NCBI GenBank assembly: GCA_948485625.1
Contig: CAOMRW010000007.1
Span: 10,117-74,116 of the forward strand
Length of the DNA stretch: 64,000 nucleotides
From: an uncultured Clostridia bacterium
GTDB lineage: Bacteria > Bacillota > Clostridia > TANB77 > CAG-508
Direction of reading: 5' to 3'
Numbering within the stretch: the first letter of the stretch is position 1; each line of letters begins with the position of its first letter. A program made the translations under genes and the position numbers. Below, in pieces: positions 63,284-64,000 of the stretch. Below the pieces are notes generated by a model. It was not told where the DNA came from. It ran no database searches and worked only from the letters and a program-made list of their open reading frames with translations.

Positions 63284-63943
63284 ATGAGAATAAGATATAA
63301 AAAATGGGCAAGGCCAGAATTAGAAGCAAGTAAATTTTATATAGACAATCCAGAACAACAAAAGGGTAACTGGAAACACTTTTTTGAAAATACAAAAAGT
63401 CCAATACATTTAGAACTAGGATGTGGAAAAGGACAATTTATATCAAATTTAGCATCAAGCAATTTAGATATAAATTATATAGCTATAGATTTAGTTGACG
63501 CAATGTTAGGATTAGCAAAAAGAAATGTAGAACAAGTTTATGAAGAAAAAGATGTACAACCAAACAATATTGCATTAACAAGATTTGATATAGAAAGAAT
63601 AAACTTGATTTTTGAGCCAAATGATAAAATACAAAGAATATATATAAATTTTTGTAATCCATGGCCAAAAGGAAAACATAGAAAGAAAAGATTAACACAT
63701 ACAAGACAACTTGAAAAATATAAACAATTCTTAGTTGAGGATGGAGAAGTTTATTTTAAAACAGATGATGATGATTTATTTAATTCAAGTTTATTATATT
63801 TTGAAGAATGTGGGTTTGAAATAATATCTAAGACATATGATTTACATAGTGAGCCTATATTTGAAAATAATATAGAAACAGAACATGAAAAAATGTTTTC
63901 AGAGCAAGGAATAAAAATAAAGGCATTAATAGCAAGAAGGTGA
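63284..63943 (+). CDS. trmB: tRNA (guanine-N7)-methyltransferase
   Basis: [13 protein letters not shown] motif, NFCNPWPK, and the HTRQL...YFKTDD pattern typical of TrmB. Confidence 0.9.
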   Translation: MRIRYKKWARPELEASKFYIDNPEQQKGNWKHFFENTKSPIHLELGCGKGQFISNLASSNLDINYIAIDLVDAMLGLAKRNVEQVYEEKDVQPNNIALTRFDIERINLIFEPNDKIQRIYINFCNPWPKGKHRKKRLTHTRQLEKYKQFLVEDGEVYFKTDDDDLFNSSLLYFEECGFEIISKTYDLHSEPIFENNIETEHEKMFSEQGIKIKALIARR

Positions 63944-63947
63944 AGAG

Positions 63948-64000
63948 ATGGAAGCACAAGATGTTATAGATATTAAAAAAAATGGTAATAATAAAGAATA
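63948..64000 (+). CDS. 5' end of an unidentified gene (partial)
   Basis: ATG at 63948 after GAAGGTGAAGAG. MEAQDVIDIKKNGNNKE... runs off the window. Confidence 0.3.
   Translation, partial: MEAQDVIDIKKNGNNKE

Overview
AT-rich, Clostridia-like (low-GC Firmicute) chromosomal window. Housekeeping genes lie mostly on the + strand: T-box-controlled valS, lexA, tRNA-Leu, der-plsY-gpsA, rnpB, trmB and rqcH. Accessory material is interleaved with them. (1) A 13.1-kb integrative element (38106-51253) is bounded by an 8-bp direct repeat and has two tandem large serine recombinase genes at its right end. It splits a peroxiredoxin gene exactly at the peroxidatic-Cys codon. Its only cargo is a cohesin+dockerin scaffoldin-like protein and a 2644-aa secreted GLUG/HExxH metalloprotease with an N-terminal dockerin, so it looks like a mobile cohesin-dockerin protease module. 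(2) A REP-associated tyrosine transposase (RAYT, HUH/Y1) is flanked by perfect 32-bp inverted repeats, and three long REPIN-like palindromes built from a related arm occur elsewhere. (3) A second family of short GC-rich hairpin repeats (TGTsnCAAA - loop ACGyCCC - TTTGnsACA) shows compensatory stem changes. It includes two 49-bp identical copies about 39.6 kb apart. (4) An FtsX-type ABC permease and one recombinase each carry an apparent single-base frameshift. (5) Small variable cassettes are present: an AlbA_2/HATPase-type protein with an unknown partner, a solo MazF-like toxin next to tRNA-Leu, an orphan DnaB-like helicase, and a membrane-tethered ECF sigma factor with a serpin-like protein. 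I saw no CRISPR array, rRNA or phage structural genes. All protein family calls come from motif recognition by eye and still need HMM or BLAST confirmation.
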